64,000 nt of DNA from an uncultured Acidobacteriota bacterium (GCA_964400605.1 CAYNUH010000011.1:1983-65982), one strand, 5' to 3'; shown: positions 28,001 to 38,775, numbered from the stretch's first letter. Notes: generated by a model from the letters alone, not told the origin. Numbers and translations are program-made.

Positions 28001-29458
28001 ATGAAGAAGCAATTATACAGCATCGCCGCCGCGGCACTCGCCGCCGCGCTGCCCGTTGTCACGGCATGCAGCCGTGGCCCGTCGCGCCCTTCGGTCCTTC
28101 TCATCGTCGAGCAGGGCGTGCGCGCCGACCACCAGAGCGTCTACGGCTATCCGCGCGGGACGACGCCCCGCGCTGAAGCACTCTCCCACGAGGGCGCCGT
28201 CTTCGAGAACGCCTACACCTCGACGCCGGACCCGATGGCCGCGCTGGCGAGCCTGCTGACGGGACGGTATCCGCCCGAGCACGGGCTCCTCCTCAGCAGG
28301 GGCCTCAGCCCCAACGCAGAGACGCTGGCCGAGGTCCTCAAGAGCGCGGGCTACGTGACGCGGGCCGTCGTCTCCACTCCGGGCGTGACGCGCGAATCGG
28401 GCCTCCTGCAGGGCTTCGACGAGATCGAGGCGGTGGATCCCGCGGCGGGCGAGGAGCTCGACGGCGGCGCGGCGCAGGTCACGACCCGGGCCGTGGAATG
28501 GGTGCGCAACACCTGGGACCGAAAACAGCCGTTTCTGCTCCTGCTGATCTACTCGAGCCCTCAGCTCCCGTACAGGGCACCGGAGGCGTTCCGCTACCGG
28601 TTCATGGATCCCGCCGCCAGCCGGGCCCGCGTGGAGCCGATGGCGGAGCTGTGGATACCCTTCGCGCGGCGCTTCAACGCACGCGAGGTCGATCTCAGCG
28701 CCCTCGACATCGAGGCCCTCGTGGACCTCTACGACGCCGAAGTCGCCTACGCGGACGACCAGGCCGGCGGCGTGGTGCTGGCGCTGCGGGAGAGCGGCCT
28801 TCTGGATCGCACCCTCGTGGTCGTGACCTCCGATCGCGGCGAGGACCTGGGCGAGCAGCACCGGCTCGCGGACCCATCGTCGCTGCGCGAGCCCAACCTG
28901 CGGATCCCGCTGCTGATGCGCCTGCCCGGCCGCGTCCCCGCCGGGCTGCGAGTGGCCTCTCTGGCGCAGGACGTGGACGTGATGCCCACCATCCTCGATC
29001 TCCTCGAGGTGCCCAAGCCTGAGGCCCTCAGCGCTCTTTCGGTGTCGCAGTATCCGCTCGAGGGCGCCGCGCGACGCTCGGTCGCCGTGTCTCTGGCCCT
29101 GGGAGCGTCCCCCGGCGGCCGCGTGGCCCTGCTCCTGAGCGTTCGCGATGCCCGCTACCGGTTCACCGTCTCGCCACAGCGTCCGATGGGCCTCTACGAC
29201 ATCTCCCAGGATCCGTCGGGTGCGCTCGACATCCTCGCCTCGTCCGCTCCGGCGGCCGCGGCGCTGCAGAGAAGCCTCCGGGAGTGGGACGGCGCGCTGC
29301 GGCCGCTGCCCGGTGCCGCGCCGCTGATGCCCCCGGGCGCGCCCGGTGCCGCTGCGGCGGGAGGGATGGAGGGACGGACGGGCCCGCCCGGCGCGCCTCC
29401 GGCGGCGCCGTCGACACCGCGGTCTCCATCTGCGCCTGGCGGCGGGACGCGCCCTTGA
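28001..29458 (+). CDS. Sulfatase-fold lipoprotein with degenerate catalytic motifs
   Basis: Lipobox VTAC; RADH..YGY..TTP, ASLLTG.YP..HG, YDAEVAYAD, PLLMRLPG scaffold motifs. Confidence 0.8.
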   Translation: MKKQLYSIAAAALAAALPVVTACSRGPSRPSVLLIVEQGVRADHQSVYGYPRGTTPRAEALSHEGAVFENAYTSTPDPMAALASLLTGRYPPEHGLLLSRGLSPNAETLAEVLKSAGYVTRAVVSTPGVTRESGLLQGFDEIEAVDPAAGEELDGGAAQVTTRAVEWVRNTWDRKQPFLLLLIYSSPQLPYRAPEAFRYRFMDPAASRARVEPMAELWIPFARRFNAREVDLSALDIEALVDLYDAEVAYADDQAGGVVLALRESGLLDRTLVVVTSDRGEDLGEQHRLADPSSLREPNLRIPLLMRLPGRVPAGLRVASLAQDVDVMPTILDLLEVPKPEALSALSVSQYPLEGAARRSVAVSLALGASPGGRVALLLSVRDARYRFTVSPQRPMGLYDISQDPSGALDILASSAPAAAALQRSLREWDGALRPLPGAAPLMPPGAPGAAAAGGMEGRTGPPGAPPAAPSTPRSPSAPGGGTRP

Positions 29459-30153
29459 GGCTGGTCCTCTTCGACGTGGACGGCACGCTCGTTGACGCCG
29501 GAGGAGCCGGCCGATGGGCCCTCGACCGCGCCTTCGAGGACATCTTCGAGATCGCCCGAATGGATTCCCGGGCCGCGCGCATCCGCTTCGACGGGCGCAC
29601 CGACCCCCTGATCATCAGCGACATGGCCGCGGCCGCCGGGATCCCGAAGGCGGTCCTGGCGGAGAAACGTGCGCGGATCGAGAGCCGGTACCTGGCGAGG
29701 CTCGAGGAGCGGCTCTCCACCGAGCGGAAGGCCCGCGCGCTTCCCGGAGTGACGGATCTCCTGCGCGGGCTTCGGGACCGGGGGGCCCGCGTCGGGCTCC
29801 TGACGGGGAACATCGAGCGCGGGGCGATGCTGAAGCTGCGCGCCTCCGGAATTGAAGATTCTTTCGAGGGCGGGGCCTTCGGGAGCGACGCCGACGATCG
29901 CGCGTCGCTGGGCCGCCTGGCCCGCGAGAGGTTCGAGTCGTGTCTCGGCGAGCGGATCGCCGAGCGCGAGGTCGTTGTGATCGGCGACTCGCCCGAGGAT
30001 GTCCGCTCGGCTCGCGCCAACGGGTACCGCTGCCTCGCGGTGGAGACGGGGTGGACGCCCGCCGAGGCGCTCGCGGCGGAGCGCCCCGACCGGATGGTGC
30101 GGGATCTCTCCGACACGCCGACCATCCTGGCGTGGATCCTGGGCCCAAACTAA
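29455..30153 (+). CDS. HAD-superfamily hydrolase
   Basis: TTG overlapping upstream stop; FDVDGTL, LLTGN, IGDSPED. Confidence 0.9.
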   Translation: MRLVLFDVDGTLVDAGGAGRWALDRAFEDIFEIARMDSRAARIRFDGRTDPLIISDMAAAAGIPKAVLAEKRARIESRYLARLEERLSTERKARALPGVTDLLRGLRDRGARVGLLTGNIERGAMLKLRASGIEDSFEGGAFGSDADDRASLGRLARERFESCLGERIAEREVVVIGDSPEDVRSARANGYRCLAVETGWTPAEALAAERPDRMVRDLSDTPTILAWILGPN

Positions 30154-30316
30154 ATCCGGGCGCCTCGCGAGAAACCTCGACACCCGGAGGGACATCGAAG
30201 CCGCAGCGTTGCCGGGAGAGGGGGCGGGAAGATCCGGGAATCCGCCATGGTCAGCAGCATGGGACCGCGGATCCACGCCCCCCCGGCCTGGAAACCCTGA
30301 CGGGAGTCAACGAGCC

Positions 30317-31618
30317 ATGAATCGTACCCTCTTGTCCTTCGTCATTCTAGCGGCGCTCGGGGCCGTTGCGGCGGGCTGCGCCGGAGGCGACCCGGCCAGT
30401 GCGGGAGCCGCGGCCGGCAAGGATTCTGCGCACCCCGCCCCCGCCGCGACCGAGGCCGACGGCAACGCTCTCCCGCAAACCGCTCCTGCCGCGGCAAACC
30501 CGGCGGCCCGGAGCGCCCCCCCCGGCGCGGCCGGGACCGCCACGCTTGCGGGCGGCTGCTTCTGGTGTGTGGAGTCGGCGTTCGACGGCTTGACCGGCGT
30601 CAACGAGGCGATCTCGGGTTACACGGGCGGAACCGAGCCGAACCCCACCTACGAGCAGGTCTCCGCCGGCGTCACCGGCCACTACGAGTCCGTGCAGGTT
30701 CGCTTCGACCCGTCGGTGATCTCGTACGCGGAGATCCTCGACGTCTTCTTCCGGCAGATCGACCCGACCGACGCCGGCGGGCAGTTTGCCGACCGCGGAG
30801 CGCAGTACCGCACGGCGATCTTCGTCCACGACGAGACGCAGCGGCGGGTGGCCGAGGCCTCGAAGCGTTTCCTCGAGGAGAGCGGCTGGTTCGCGAAGCC
30901 CATCGCGACTCCGATCCTGCCTTCGGGGCCGTTCTACCCGGCCGAGGAGTACCATCAGGACTACCACATCAAGAACGCGGCGCACTTCAAGGCGTACAAG
31001 TGGGGCTCCGGGCGTGGACCGTTCCTGGAGCGCTTCTGGAAAGACAAGCCGCCGATCCGTGTCGCGGCGCAGGAGGAGGCCCCCGTGGAAAGCAAGCCCG
31101 GCCGCGCGTACAGAAAGCCGAGCGATGACGAGCTGCGCGCCCGGCTGACCCCGATCCAGTACGAGGTGACGCAGAATGAGGGGACCGAACCGGCTTTCAG
31201 CAACCCGTACTGGGACAACCACGAATCCGGGATCTACGTGGACGTGGTGACGGGCGAGCCGCTGTTCAGCTCCACCGACAAGTTCGAGAGCGGCACCGGC
31301 TGGCCCAGCTTCGTCCGGCCGATCGAGCCGGCCAACATCGTCGAGAAGACCGACCGCTCGTGGTTCACGGCTCGAACGGAGGTCCGCAGCCGTCACGGCG
31401 GCAGCCACCTCGGCCACGTGTTCGGCGACGGCCCCCGGCCGACCGGCCTGCGCTACTGCATCAACAGCGCCGCGCTGCGCTTCATCCCCGCCGAAAGGCT
31501 CGAGGCCGAAGGGTACGGGGAGTACGCGCCGCTGTTCGACAAGGGTGATGCGGGCGGGAAGCGCGGGTCCCCGGCCGCAGGCAAGGGCAGCGGCCCTGAG
31601 GGCGGCGCAGAGCCCTGA
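30317..31618 (+). CDS. msrAB: Bifunctional peptide-methionine sulfoxide reductase MsrA/MsrB, lipoprotein
   Basis: Lipobox AAGC; [17 protein letters not shown] (MsrA); GWPSF, HLGHVF, RYCINS (MsrB). Confidence 0.95.
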   Translation: MNRTLLSFVILAALGAVAAGCAGGDPASAGAAAGKDSAHPAPAATEADGNALPQTAPAAANPAARSAPPGAAGTATLAGGCFWCVESAFDGLTGVNEAISGYTGGTEPNPTYEQVSAGVTGHYESVQVRFDPSVISYAEILDVFFRQIDPTDAGGQFADRGAQYRTAIFVHDETQRRVAEASKRFLEESGWFAKPIATPILPSGPFYPAEEYHQDYHIKNAAHFKAYKWGSGRGPFLERFWKDKPPIRVAAQEEAPVESKPGRAYRKPSDDELRARLTPIQYEVTQNEGTEPAFSNPYWDNHESGIYVDVVTGEPLFSSTDKFESGTGWPSFVRPIEPANIVEKTDRSWFTARTEVRSRHGGSHLGHVFGDGPRPTGLRYCINSAALRFIPAERLEAEGYGEYAPLFDKGDAGGKRGSPAAGKGSGPEGGAEP

Positions 31619-31662
31619 ATGCTCCGGCCGCCGGCGGCCGTGAGACCCCTGCCGGAGCATTC
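31617..31662. terminator. Hairpin between convergent genes, possible bidirectional terminator
   Basis: 12-bp inverted repeat GAATGCTCCGGC / GCCGGAGCATTC; no U-tract. Confidence 0.45.
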
Positions 31663-31683
31663 CGGCCACGAGGCCGGGGTGCC

Positions 31684-34362
31684 CTAGTTGTTCCAGTTCA
31701 ACACAACGGTCAGCGGTAACTCTTCCTGCTCCTGGACGATGCTGTTGACCAGGAACCGCTGCCCATCGCGCGAGACGCCGTAAACTCCCCACGGGTGGGC
31801 CAGGCGGATGTCGAACAGCGGGCCCACCTTGCCGATCTGCACGTCCTCTTGGGAGAGCCGGATCTCGGCCGCCATGATGCGCCGGGCGCTCTCCACGTAG
31901 AATATCTCCTTGCCGTCGGAGCGCCATCGCGCGACGGTCCCTCCGTTGGTGGAGAGCTGCCACTTGCGGCTGGCCTGTGGAAAGGGCGTGATGTAGATCT
32001 CCATCCGGCCGGACTCGTCCGACTCGTAGGCGATCCAGCGCCCATCGGGAGAGAAGGTCGGCCGCCGCTCTGTGAAGGAGGTTCGGATGTAAGGGACCGG
32101 TGTGCGAGGCTCGGACATCGGGAGAATCCAGAAGTCGGGCTTTCCGTTTGGGTCGGGAACCTGGTAAACGATGGAGCGGCCATCGGGCGACCAGTCTCCC
32201 GCGACCGAATCGTGATCGGATTCGAGAATCATCTCCTGATCGCCCGTGCCGGAGACCGACTTGGCGTACAGATTGAAGACCCTGCCCTTCCTGGAGGAGA
32301 ACACGATTCTCTGGCTGTCGGGCGACCACCGGGGGCTGCCCTCGGGGCCCGGTTCGAAGGTGAATCGCGTCTTGAGATTCCGGGCGACGTCGAAGACCCA
32401 CAGGTCGTTGCTGCCGGTCTTCGAACCGTACATGCCCACGGCGACCTCGCCGTTATCGGGGGAAAGCTCGAGGGCGAAATAGCGGGCCTGATCCCCCAGG
32501 ACGCCGACCTGTTTCCCTGACCGATCGAACCAGAGGAGCTTGCCGCCCAGAGCACCAGCGCCCGTCTGATAGAGCAGAACTCCGTTACCCGAGACGGAGA
32601 ACACGCCGTTCGAGTAGCCAGAATCGAACTGCACATCCTCCGCGATCGGGAAGGCCTCCCCGGAAAGCTGGGCGCTTCTCGCATCGAAGGGCTGTGCCAT
32701 GAGTGTGGTCTCACGCACGAAGAGCAGGTGGCCCGAGGCGTACACGACGTTGGTCGTGGCACTGAAGAGCGGGGTCGCCGTCTTATCCTCGAGACTGCCC
32801 ACCATCACGGTGTTCAGTTCCCCGCTGTCGGCTCCGCCCGTCCCTCCGCCCGTCGCGCGATCGAGGAACAGGAAGCGGCGGCCGTCCGGCAGGAACCAGG
32901 GCCAACGGTGCGAATCCTCTTTCGATGCGTCGAACACCGTGACGGGGGCCGAGGCGCCTCCGGTCGCCGCGACGCGATGGAGCGGACCCGTCAAGTCGGG
33001 GGCGAAGACGATGACGCCGTCGTGGCTCCACGACCCTCCCCTCCCGTTGGCCGCAGGACAGAGCGTCAGAGGAGGGCCCCCGCCAGCGTCGATCCTCTTC
33101 AGTTTGCCGTCTGCGAAGAAGCCGACCGTGCGGCTGTCAGGCGACCAGAAGGGATAGCGCCCCCCTTCCGTCCCGGGCAGCGGACGGGCGATGAGCGAAT
33201 CGAGGGGACGGATCATCAGCATGTCGGTGCCGTCCGCCTGCCGGACCACCAGGGCGATCTGCCGTCCGTCGGGGGAGACGGCGGGGGGCCCCGCGCCACC
33301 CGGCCCCTGCGAGGTCGTGAAGAGGGTGGTCCCTTTGGGGGCTACGATGAGAGCGCGCACCGGGTTCGGCGTGACGGACACCGCGCGGTAGTAGGCGGCC
33401 CCCAGGAGACCGCTGACCCCGACGAGCGCCGCCGCGAGCCCCCAGCCGATGCGAGCGCGGCCTGCGTGCTGGCCGACGGACAGCGGCACACCTGCCTGCG
33501 AGCCGCCCTCCGCGATCCACCTGAGATCGAGGAGGACATCGTGCACCGTCTGCCGGCGCTGCTGAGGGTCCTTCGCGAGGCAGGTCTTGACCAGCCTCTC
33601 CAGCGCGGGCGGCGGCATCGGCGCCAGCGCGGAGATCGGCTGCGGCTCCCTCTCCAGGATCGCCGCGATAAGCGACGCCTGCGTCTTGGCCTCGAATGCC
33701 CTGCGGCCGGTCACCATCTCGTACAGCACGAGCCCGAAAGCGAAGATGTCGCTGCGTACATCCGCCTCTGCGCCCTCGATCTGTTCCGGCGCCATGTACT
33801 GGAACGTCCCGACGAGCGTCCCCGCCGCTGTCAGCGGGCTGGTCGCCGTCGCGGCCTGCGTCAGCGGGGCCGCCGCCGTGGCCGCCGCGGTGCTCTTGGC
33901 CAGACCGAAATCCAGGAGCTTCGCTCCCGTCTTCGTCAGCATCACGTTGCTGGGCTTGAGGTCGCGATGGACCAGCCCCTGCCTGTGCGCCTTGTCCAGC
34001 GCGTCCGCGATCTGGATCGCGCAGCGCAGCGCTTCGTCCAAGGGAAGCGGGCCCCGTGCGAGCCGCGAGGCGAGCGTCTCCCCTTCGAGGTACTCCATCA
34101 CCAGGAAGTCCACGCCGTCCTGCGAGCCGACGTCGTGAAGCGTGCAGATGTGGGGATGGTTGAGGCTGCTGGCGGCCCTCGCCTCCCGTTCGAAGCGCTG
34201 GCGCAGGCCGGGGTCCTTCGAGAGATGTTCCGGCAGGACCTTGACGGCGACCGTGCGGTCCAGGCGCGTGTCGCGCGCGCTGTAGACTTCGCCCATCCCT
34301 CCCGCGCCGAGGGGAGCCAGGATCTCGTACGGTCCAAGGCGGGAGCCGGGCGTCAGGGGCAT
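31684..34362 (-). CDS. Ser/Thr protein kinase with TM and C-terminal PD40/TolB-like beta-propeller repeats
   Basis: [37 protein letters not shown]; repeated (W/F)SPDG motifs. Confidence 0.95.
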   Translation of the reverse strand: MPLTPGSRLGPYEILAPLGAGGMGEVYSARDTRLDRTVAVKVLPEHLSKDPGLRQRFEREARAASSLNHPHICTLHDVGSQDGVDFLVMEYLEGETLASRLARGPLPLDEALRCAIQIADALDKAHRQGLVHRDLKPSNVMLTKTGAKLLDFGLAKSTAAATAAAPLTQAATATSPLTAAGTLVGTFQYMAPEQIEGAEADVRSDIFAFGLVLYEMVTGRRAFEAKTQASLIAAILEREPQPISALAPMPPPALERLVKTCLAKDPQQRRQTVHDVLLDLRWIAEGGSQAGVPLSVGQHAGRARIGWGLAAALVGVSGLLGAAYYRAVSVTPNPVRALIVAPKGTTLFTTSQGPGGAGPPAVSPDGRQIALVVRQADGTDMLMIRPLDSLIARPLPGTEGGRYPFWSPDSRTVGFFADGKLKRIDAGGGPPLTLCPAANGRGGSWSHDGVIVFAPDLTGPLHRVAATGGASAPVTVFDASKEDSHRWPWFLPDGRRFLFLDRATGGGTGGADSGELNTVMVGSLEDKTATPLFSATTNVVYASGHLLFVRETTLMAQPFDARSAQLSGEAFPIAEDVQFDSGYSNGVFSVSGNGVLLYQTGAGALGGKLLWFDRSGKQVGVLGDQARYFALELSPDNGEVAVGMYGSKTGSNDLWVFDVARNLKTRFTFEPGPEGSPRWSPDSQRIVFSSRKGRVFNLYAKSVSGTGDQEMILESDHDSVAGDWSPDGRSIVYQVPDPNGKPDFWILPMSEPRTPVPYIRTSFTERRPTFSPDGRWIAYESDESGRMEIYITPFPQASRKWQLSTNGGTVARWRSDGKEIFYVESARRIMAAEIRLSQEDVQIGKVGPLFDIRLAHPWGVYGVSRDGQRFLVNSIVQEQEELPLTVVLNWNN

Positions 34363-34613
34363 AGACGCAAGAGGCTATCAGAAAGATTGGGCCGATGGCG
34401 ACCGGCCTGAGCCGCGACGTCGGGTTGGACGTAGCTGTCCCAAGGCAGAACGGGGCCCTCTCGATCAGCCCCCGGAGCCGACGCGTGGCGTGTGAGGCGC
34501 ACGGAACAGGCGATCAGCCGCGTCCACCTCGGCGCAGAGATGGCCGGCTGGTCAAGAGCCTGTCCCGGACGGCCCACTTCTCGGTCGGGAACCAGCGCGG
34601 GGCTCGAGCCGGC

Positions 34614-34711
34614 TGGCGGAAGCGTGTGGGAATCGAACCCACCGCGGCACGCTCTCGCGTACCGCCAACGGATTTGAAGTCCGTGCGAGACACCAGCCCC
34701 GATTCGCTTCC
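34614..34711 (-). tRNA. selC: tRNA-Sec (anticodon UCA)
   Basis: GGAAGCG...CGCTTCC-G-CCA; 6-bp D stem with 4-nt loop; ACGGA-CTTCAAA-TCCGT anticodon arm; 9-bp variable arm; GTGGG-TTCGATT-CCCAC T arm. Confidence 0.95.
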
Positions 34712-34943
34712 GTGCTCCTGTACGGCAGGGCCGACATCCTAGCAGCGCCTACCGGGGCGGTCAAAAACTCGCCGCGCTCCGGCGATGGGTCACACCATCG
34801 CTCGATCCCGCCGGGCCAGATCCTTGGAGGTGACCGGAACCGGGCCGAGCCGACGATGTCCTCGCCTGCTCGAGCCGCCGTGAGAGCGAGCCACGTTCTC
34901 GGAAGATCGCCTGCTTCCATCGTGGTGCTGCCGGCCGTTCGTC

Positions 34944-35939
34944 CTAGAAGCCGATCCTCGCGGTGAGTGATGCCCTCTCCGGCGTGACGACGGGGGGCAG
35001 GAGGGTGATCCTACGGCTCGGGCGCGGATCCCACGACAGCCACCGATCCACGCCGTCGTGGTGGTTGAAGGCGTAGAAGGACCGGCCCGTCAAGATGCCG
35101 GCCAGCGATCCCGCCGCCACGTCCGTGAGGTAGTGGCCGTCCTGGAGGACGCGCGCCCAAGCCATGGTGGCCCCGAGGGAGTAGAGCACGGCGCGCGACC
35201 ACCGGCGCGCTGCGGGGCGGGAACGAAGCCGCCGCGACAGGACGAGGTCGGCGTAGGCCAGGGTGGTGAAGGCCGAGGAGGCGTGGTAGGAGTAGAACGA
35301 CTGGCGCATGCTCACGCTCGATGAGAGGCGACGGATCTCCGCGGGCGTCGCGCCGTCCTCCTCCGCGAACTCGAGCCTCGGCCTCTCGCGCCCGACCATG
35401 TTCTTCACGATCCCCGTCGCCGCCACGTTGAAGCGCTGTGCCTCCCACAGACCGAGGGCGTCCGTGACGTCGTCGCGCCATCGGGATCCGTTGGACCCGA
35501 GGATCGCGGCGAGCGCGATCCCCCGCGTCAGCGGCGTCACGTGGCCCTCCACGAACCCGTGGGCGTCCGTGTCGCCCGCTCCCCGGCGGAAGCGGTCGCG
35601 GATGCGTTCATCGAAGGAGGGAGGGCTGCCCAGGAAGAGAGGAGAGGCGCGCGGTCCACGCTCCTCCACGATCCCCGAATCGAGGAGCGAGGCCGCCGCC
35701 ACCACAGCGACGTGTGCCGCGTGATCGGCGATGAGCGATCGCCAGAAGGGGCGTTGCGGGCCGGAGGCGGGCGCCGCCGGCGCGCTCTTCTCCGGGCCTA
35801 TCGCACCGGCCGGGAGCACGGCGGGAGGGGCGGATCTCTCCGGTCGAGGAGGCTCGGGAGTCTCTGCGCGATGCGCCGAGAGTGCCGCGCACACGATCGC
35901 CGCCGCGAGGATCCCCCGCCCGCCGCGCCGCAGCCTCAC
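34944..35939 (-). CDS. PAP2-family phosphatase
   Basis: KNMVGRERP, SFYSYH, ARVLQDGHYLTDV. Confidence 0.85.
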   Translation of the reverse strand: MRLRRGGRGILAAAIVCAALSAHRAETPEPPRPERSAPPAVLPAGAIGPEKSAPAAPASGPQRPFWRSLIADHAAHVAVVAAASLLDSGIVEERGPRASPLFLGSPPSFDERIRDRFRRGAGDTDAHGFVEGHVTPLTRGIALAAILGSNGSRWRDDVTDALGLWEAQRFNVAATGIVKNMVGRERPRLEFAEEDGATPAEIRRLSSSVSMRQSFYSYHASSAFTTLAYADLVLSRRLRSRPAARRWSRAVLYSLGATMAWARVLQDGHYLTDVAAGSLAGILTGRSFYAFNHHDGVDRWLSWDPRPSRRITLLPPVVTPERASLTARIGF

Positions 35940-36916
35940 CGGGCGTTGGATCCCATTTCGATCCCGAGCGAGATGCCGGCGCCTCCCGGCACGGGGTACG
36001 GCGGGTGGAAACGGAGCCGGCCGGCCCGGGCCGCAGCGGCGCGGCCGGAGGCGAACTCCCCGGGATGGTTCAGCCTGTAGTAGGTCCGGCCCACGAAAGT
36101 GCCCAGAGCGGCCCCGGCCACGACATCGGTGAAGAAGTGCCGGCCCCGGCGGATCCGCGAGTAGCCGATGTACCCCGCGAGGCCGTACATGCCGGTGAAC
36201 GAGGCCGCGCGGGCGCCTCCTCGAAGGTCCGTCTTCCTCGCGATCGCCCGCTCGAGGTACGAGAGGAAGGCGAACGAGCCGCTGGCGTGGCCGGAAGGGA
36301 ACGACTCGTGGTTGCCCTCGTTTGCATCGAGGGCTTCGAGGCGCCTGTCGCCCGCTCCCTCCCGCCGTGCGAACTCGAGGGCGGGCCGCTCGCGCCCCGT
36401 CATGTCCTTGAGGAGCGACGTCAGCCCCCGGTTCGTGTAGTAGGTCTCCACGAGGCCCAGAAGATCCCCCTTCATGGCGGGGCGGTCCCGCAGATCGAGA
36501 GCGATGAGGGTCAGCGGCACGGCGTAGCGGAGCGTCTCGAGTCCGTACTCCTCCACGTACCCGCGCCAGCCCGAGGGCCCCGTGATGGAATCATGGATGC
36601 GGCGATCGATGGCCGGCGGATCGGCAAAGAGGATCGGGTCGTGGGACGGGCCGAACGTGCGATCGTAGACGCGCGACGCCTGCTCGAGCCCCAGCGAGAG
36701 AAGGAGACGGACGCCGTGCTCATCGAGGAACCGGCCCAGGCGCGAGGCGCGCGCCGGAGTGCCGCTCGCCGGATCGCCTGCCGCGGCCGCGACTCGCTGC
36801 GCGCCGCCCGAAGGGTCGCTCTCCTGCGCGAGCGCCGGCGCGCCGCCACCACCCAGGATGGACGCCGTCAGGAAGAGCAGCGGCGCGGCCGCTCTTGGGA
36901 TGCGGGCCGATGTCAC
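35936..36916 (-). CDS. PAP2-family phosphatase
   Basis: KDMTGRERP, SFPSGH, SRIRRGRHFFTDV. Confidence 0.88.
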   Translation of the reverse strand: MTSARIPRAAAPLLFLTASILGGGGAPALAQESDPSGGAQRVAAAAGDPASGTPARASRLGRFLDEHGVRLLLSLGLEQASRVYDRTFGPSHDPILFADPPAIDRRIHDSITGPSGWRGYVEEYGLETLRYAVPLTLIALDLRDRPAMKGDLLGLVETYYTNRGLTSLLKDMTGRERPALEFARREGAGDRRLEALDANEGNHESFPSGHASGSFAFLSYLERAIARKTDLRGGARAASFTGMYGLAGYIGYSRIRRGRHFFTDVVAGAALGTFVGRTYYRLNHPGEFASGRAAAARAGRLRFHPPYPVPGGAGISLGIEMGSNAR

Positions 36917-36964
36917 GAAGGTTTGGCTTCCCTGTTGCGCGGTCGGGCGCTACTCTAGGCGGCC

Positions 36965-38323
36965 ATGACGGGTCCGTCAACGAAGAGCGCCCAAAGGTTC
37001 GAGTGGACAGGAGCCACCGCGGCCGCGCTCTCGCGGTTGTGTGCGGTAACCCGGGCCTTCGTTCTCGGGACAGCGGGAGGGGCGGCGGTGCTGCTTGCGG
37101 CCGTCTCCGGAACGGGCGGCGCGCCGATGGCGGTCGCCCGGGAGGCCGTGGCCGAGAATCCGGCTCCGCCGCGCGAGCGGCCTCGCGTTCCGGTCAGCGA
37201 AGAGCGCGTCCGGGACGTCCACGCGCGCGCCGTCGTGGTGGACACGCACGCCGACACGCTGTGGCGCGTCCTTGACGAGGGCGACGACATCTCGGATCGT
37301 TCCGCGAAGGGTCACATCGATCTGCCCCGGCTCCTCGAAGGCGGGGTGGACGGCCAGTTCTTCGCGATCTGGCCGCAGCCGCACTACGGCCCGGACGGCT
37401 ACGTCAAGAGGTGCCTGCGCCTCATCGACGCCCTGCACGGCGTGATCGCGCGCAGCGGAGGCCGGATGTTCCTGGCCGCCACGCCGGACGACATCCGCCG
37501 GGCCGACCGGGAGCACCGCGTCGCGGCCCTTCTCGGGATCGAGGGAGGGCACGCCATCGAGGACGACCTCGGCGTGCTGAGGATGTTCCACCGCATGGGG
37601 GTGAGGTACATGACCCTCACGTGGTCCATCAACACGTCCTGGGCCGACTCCTCCGGGGACCAGCGGACGTACCACGGGCTCACCGCATTCGGCGAGAAAG
37701 TGGTGCGGGAGATGAACCGTCTCGGCATGATCGTGGACATCTCGCACGTCTCGGACGAAACCTTCCGCGACGTCCTCGCGGCGACGTCGGCTCCCGTCAT
37801 CGCCTCGCACTCCTCGTGCCGCTCCCTGTGCGACGCGCCCAGAAACATGAGCGACGACATGCTGAAGGCGCTCGCCGGCAACGGCGGCGTGATCATGATC
37901 AACTTCTACTCGGCGTTCCTCGACCAGGCCTTCCGCGATGCCTCGCGCGCCGCCTCGGAGGCCTCCAAGGACCGCCTCTCCGCCATCGCCAGCGAGACGC
38001 TCGGTGACGCGGCGGAACGGGATAGGCGCGAGTGGGAGCTGCACGCGGCAATCGACGCGGCGATCCCGCCGGCGACGCTCGGCCGCGTGCTGGACCACAT
38101 CGATCACGCCGTCCGGGTGGCGGGGCGGGATCACGTCGGGCTGGGATCCGACTTCGACGGGATCACCAGCGCGCCGCGCGGGCTCGAGAATGTCTCGATG
38201 CTTCCCGCGATCACGCGCGGTCTGCTGGAACGGGGCTACACCGACGACGAGGTGATCGGGATCCTCGGCGGCAACTTCCTGCGCGTGTTCGATCGCGTGA
38301 CGGAGATCGCCGCGAATCGTTGA
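36965..38323 (+). CDS. Membrane dipeptidase (peptidase M19)
   Basis: DTHADT, GIEGGH, YMTLTW, VDISH, ASHS, RNMSD, HVGLGSDFDG. Confidence 0.93.
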   Translation: MTGPSTKSAQRFEWTGATAAALSRLCAVTRAFVLGTAGGAAVLLAAVSGTGGAPMAVAREAVAENPAPPRERPRVPVSEERVRDVHARAVVVDTHADTLWRVLDEGDDISDRSAKGHIDLPRLLEGGVDGQFFAIWPQPHYGPDGYVKRCLRLIDALHGVIARSGGRMFLAATPDDIRRADREHRVAALLGIEGGHAIEDDLGVLRMFHRMGVRYMTLTWSINTSWADSSGDQRTYHGLTAFGEKVVREMNRLGMIVDISHVSDETFRDVLAATSAPVIASHSSCRSLCDAPRNMSDDMLKALAGNGGVIMINFYSAFLDQAFRDASRAASEASKDRLSAIASETLGDAAERDRREWELHAAIDAAIPPATLGRVLDHIDHAVRVAGRDHVGLGSDFDGITSAPRGLENVSMLPAITRGLLERGYTDDEVIGILGGNFLRVFDRVTEIAANR

Positions 38324-38349
38324 CATCGATTCGAACGGTGCTGTATATT
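38320..38349 (+). promoter_or_regulatory. Sigma70-type promoter for the micro-ORF/tRNA-Ala unit
   Basis: TTGACA (38320-38325), 18-bp spacer, TATATT (38344-38349). Confidence 0.65.
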
Positions 38350-38538
38350 TCGCGGCGTGCTGAGCGAGTTCATCCCGGACCCCACAGCGAACCGAATTCC
38401 GAAGATCCGCGAGGGGTCTTTTCCCGTCCACGGTCTTATCGGTCGGCGGGGTTGCGGCCGCACTCCGCCATCAACGGACAGGCTGGATCGTAAGGAGACG
38501 GCCAGCCGCTTCTGAACACCCATGGAGGTGAACCAAGC

Positions 38539-38607
38539 GTGCCGATGAAGAGGAAGAAGACCAGCAAGAAGGCAGTGAAGAAGACAGCCAAGAAGCGCCG
38601 CCGCTAG
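38539..38607 (+). CDS. Putative 22-aa Lys/Arg-rich micropeptide MPMKRKKTSKKAVKKTAKKRRR
   Basis: GGAGGTGA RBS at 38524-38531; GTG start (alternative ATG 38545); TAG stop; all Lys codons are AAG as in host genes. Confidence 0.6.
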   Translation: MPMKRKKTSKKAVKKTAKKRRR

Positions 38608-38684
38608 CCGGCAGGCGCCGCTCGCAAGGAACTCTTCTCCGGAGAAGGTTCCGCACCGGCCTCGAAGACAACCCTTCCTGCCGT

Positions 38685-38760
38685 GGGGCTGTAGCGCAGC
38701 TGGGAGCGCGCGTGACTGGCAGTCACGAGGTCACGGGTTCGATCCCCGTCAGCTCCACCA
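38685..38760 (+). tRNA. tRNA-Ala (anticodon GGC)
   Basis: 76-nt cloverleaf; CGTGA-CTGGCAG-TCACG anticodon arm; G3:U70 pair; encoded CCA. Confidence 0.97.
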
Positions 38761-38775
38761 GGATGTCGTCTGCTT

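Noticed and set aside
30317-31618. Selenocysteine-containing MsrAB
   Set aside because: Catalytic positions are TGC/TGT Cys codons and there is no in-frame TGA
34400-34435. Second attC-like site (GTTGGAC core) upstream of the kinase
   Set aside because: Only a 7-bp core match, with no inverse core or supporting palindrome
31684-34613. Genomic island integrated at the tRNA-Sec 3' end
   Set aside because: No integrase and no direct repeat of the tRNA 3' end found; such kinases are common chromosomal genes
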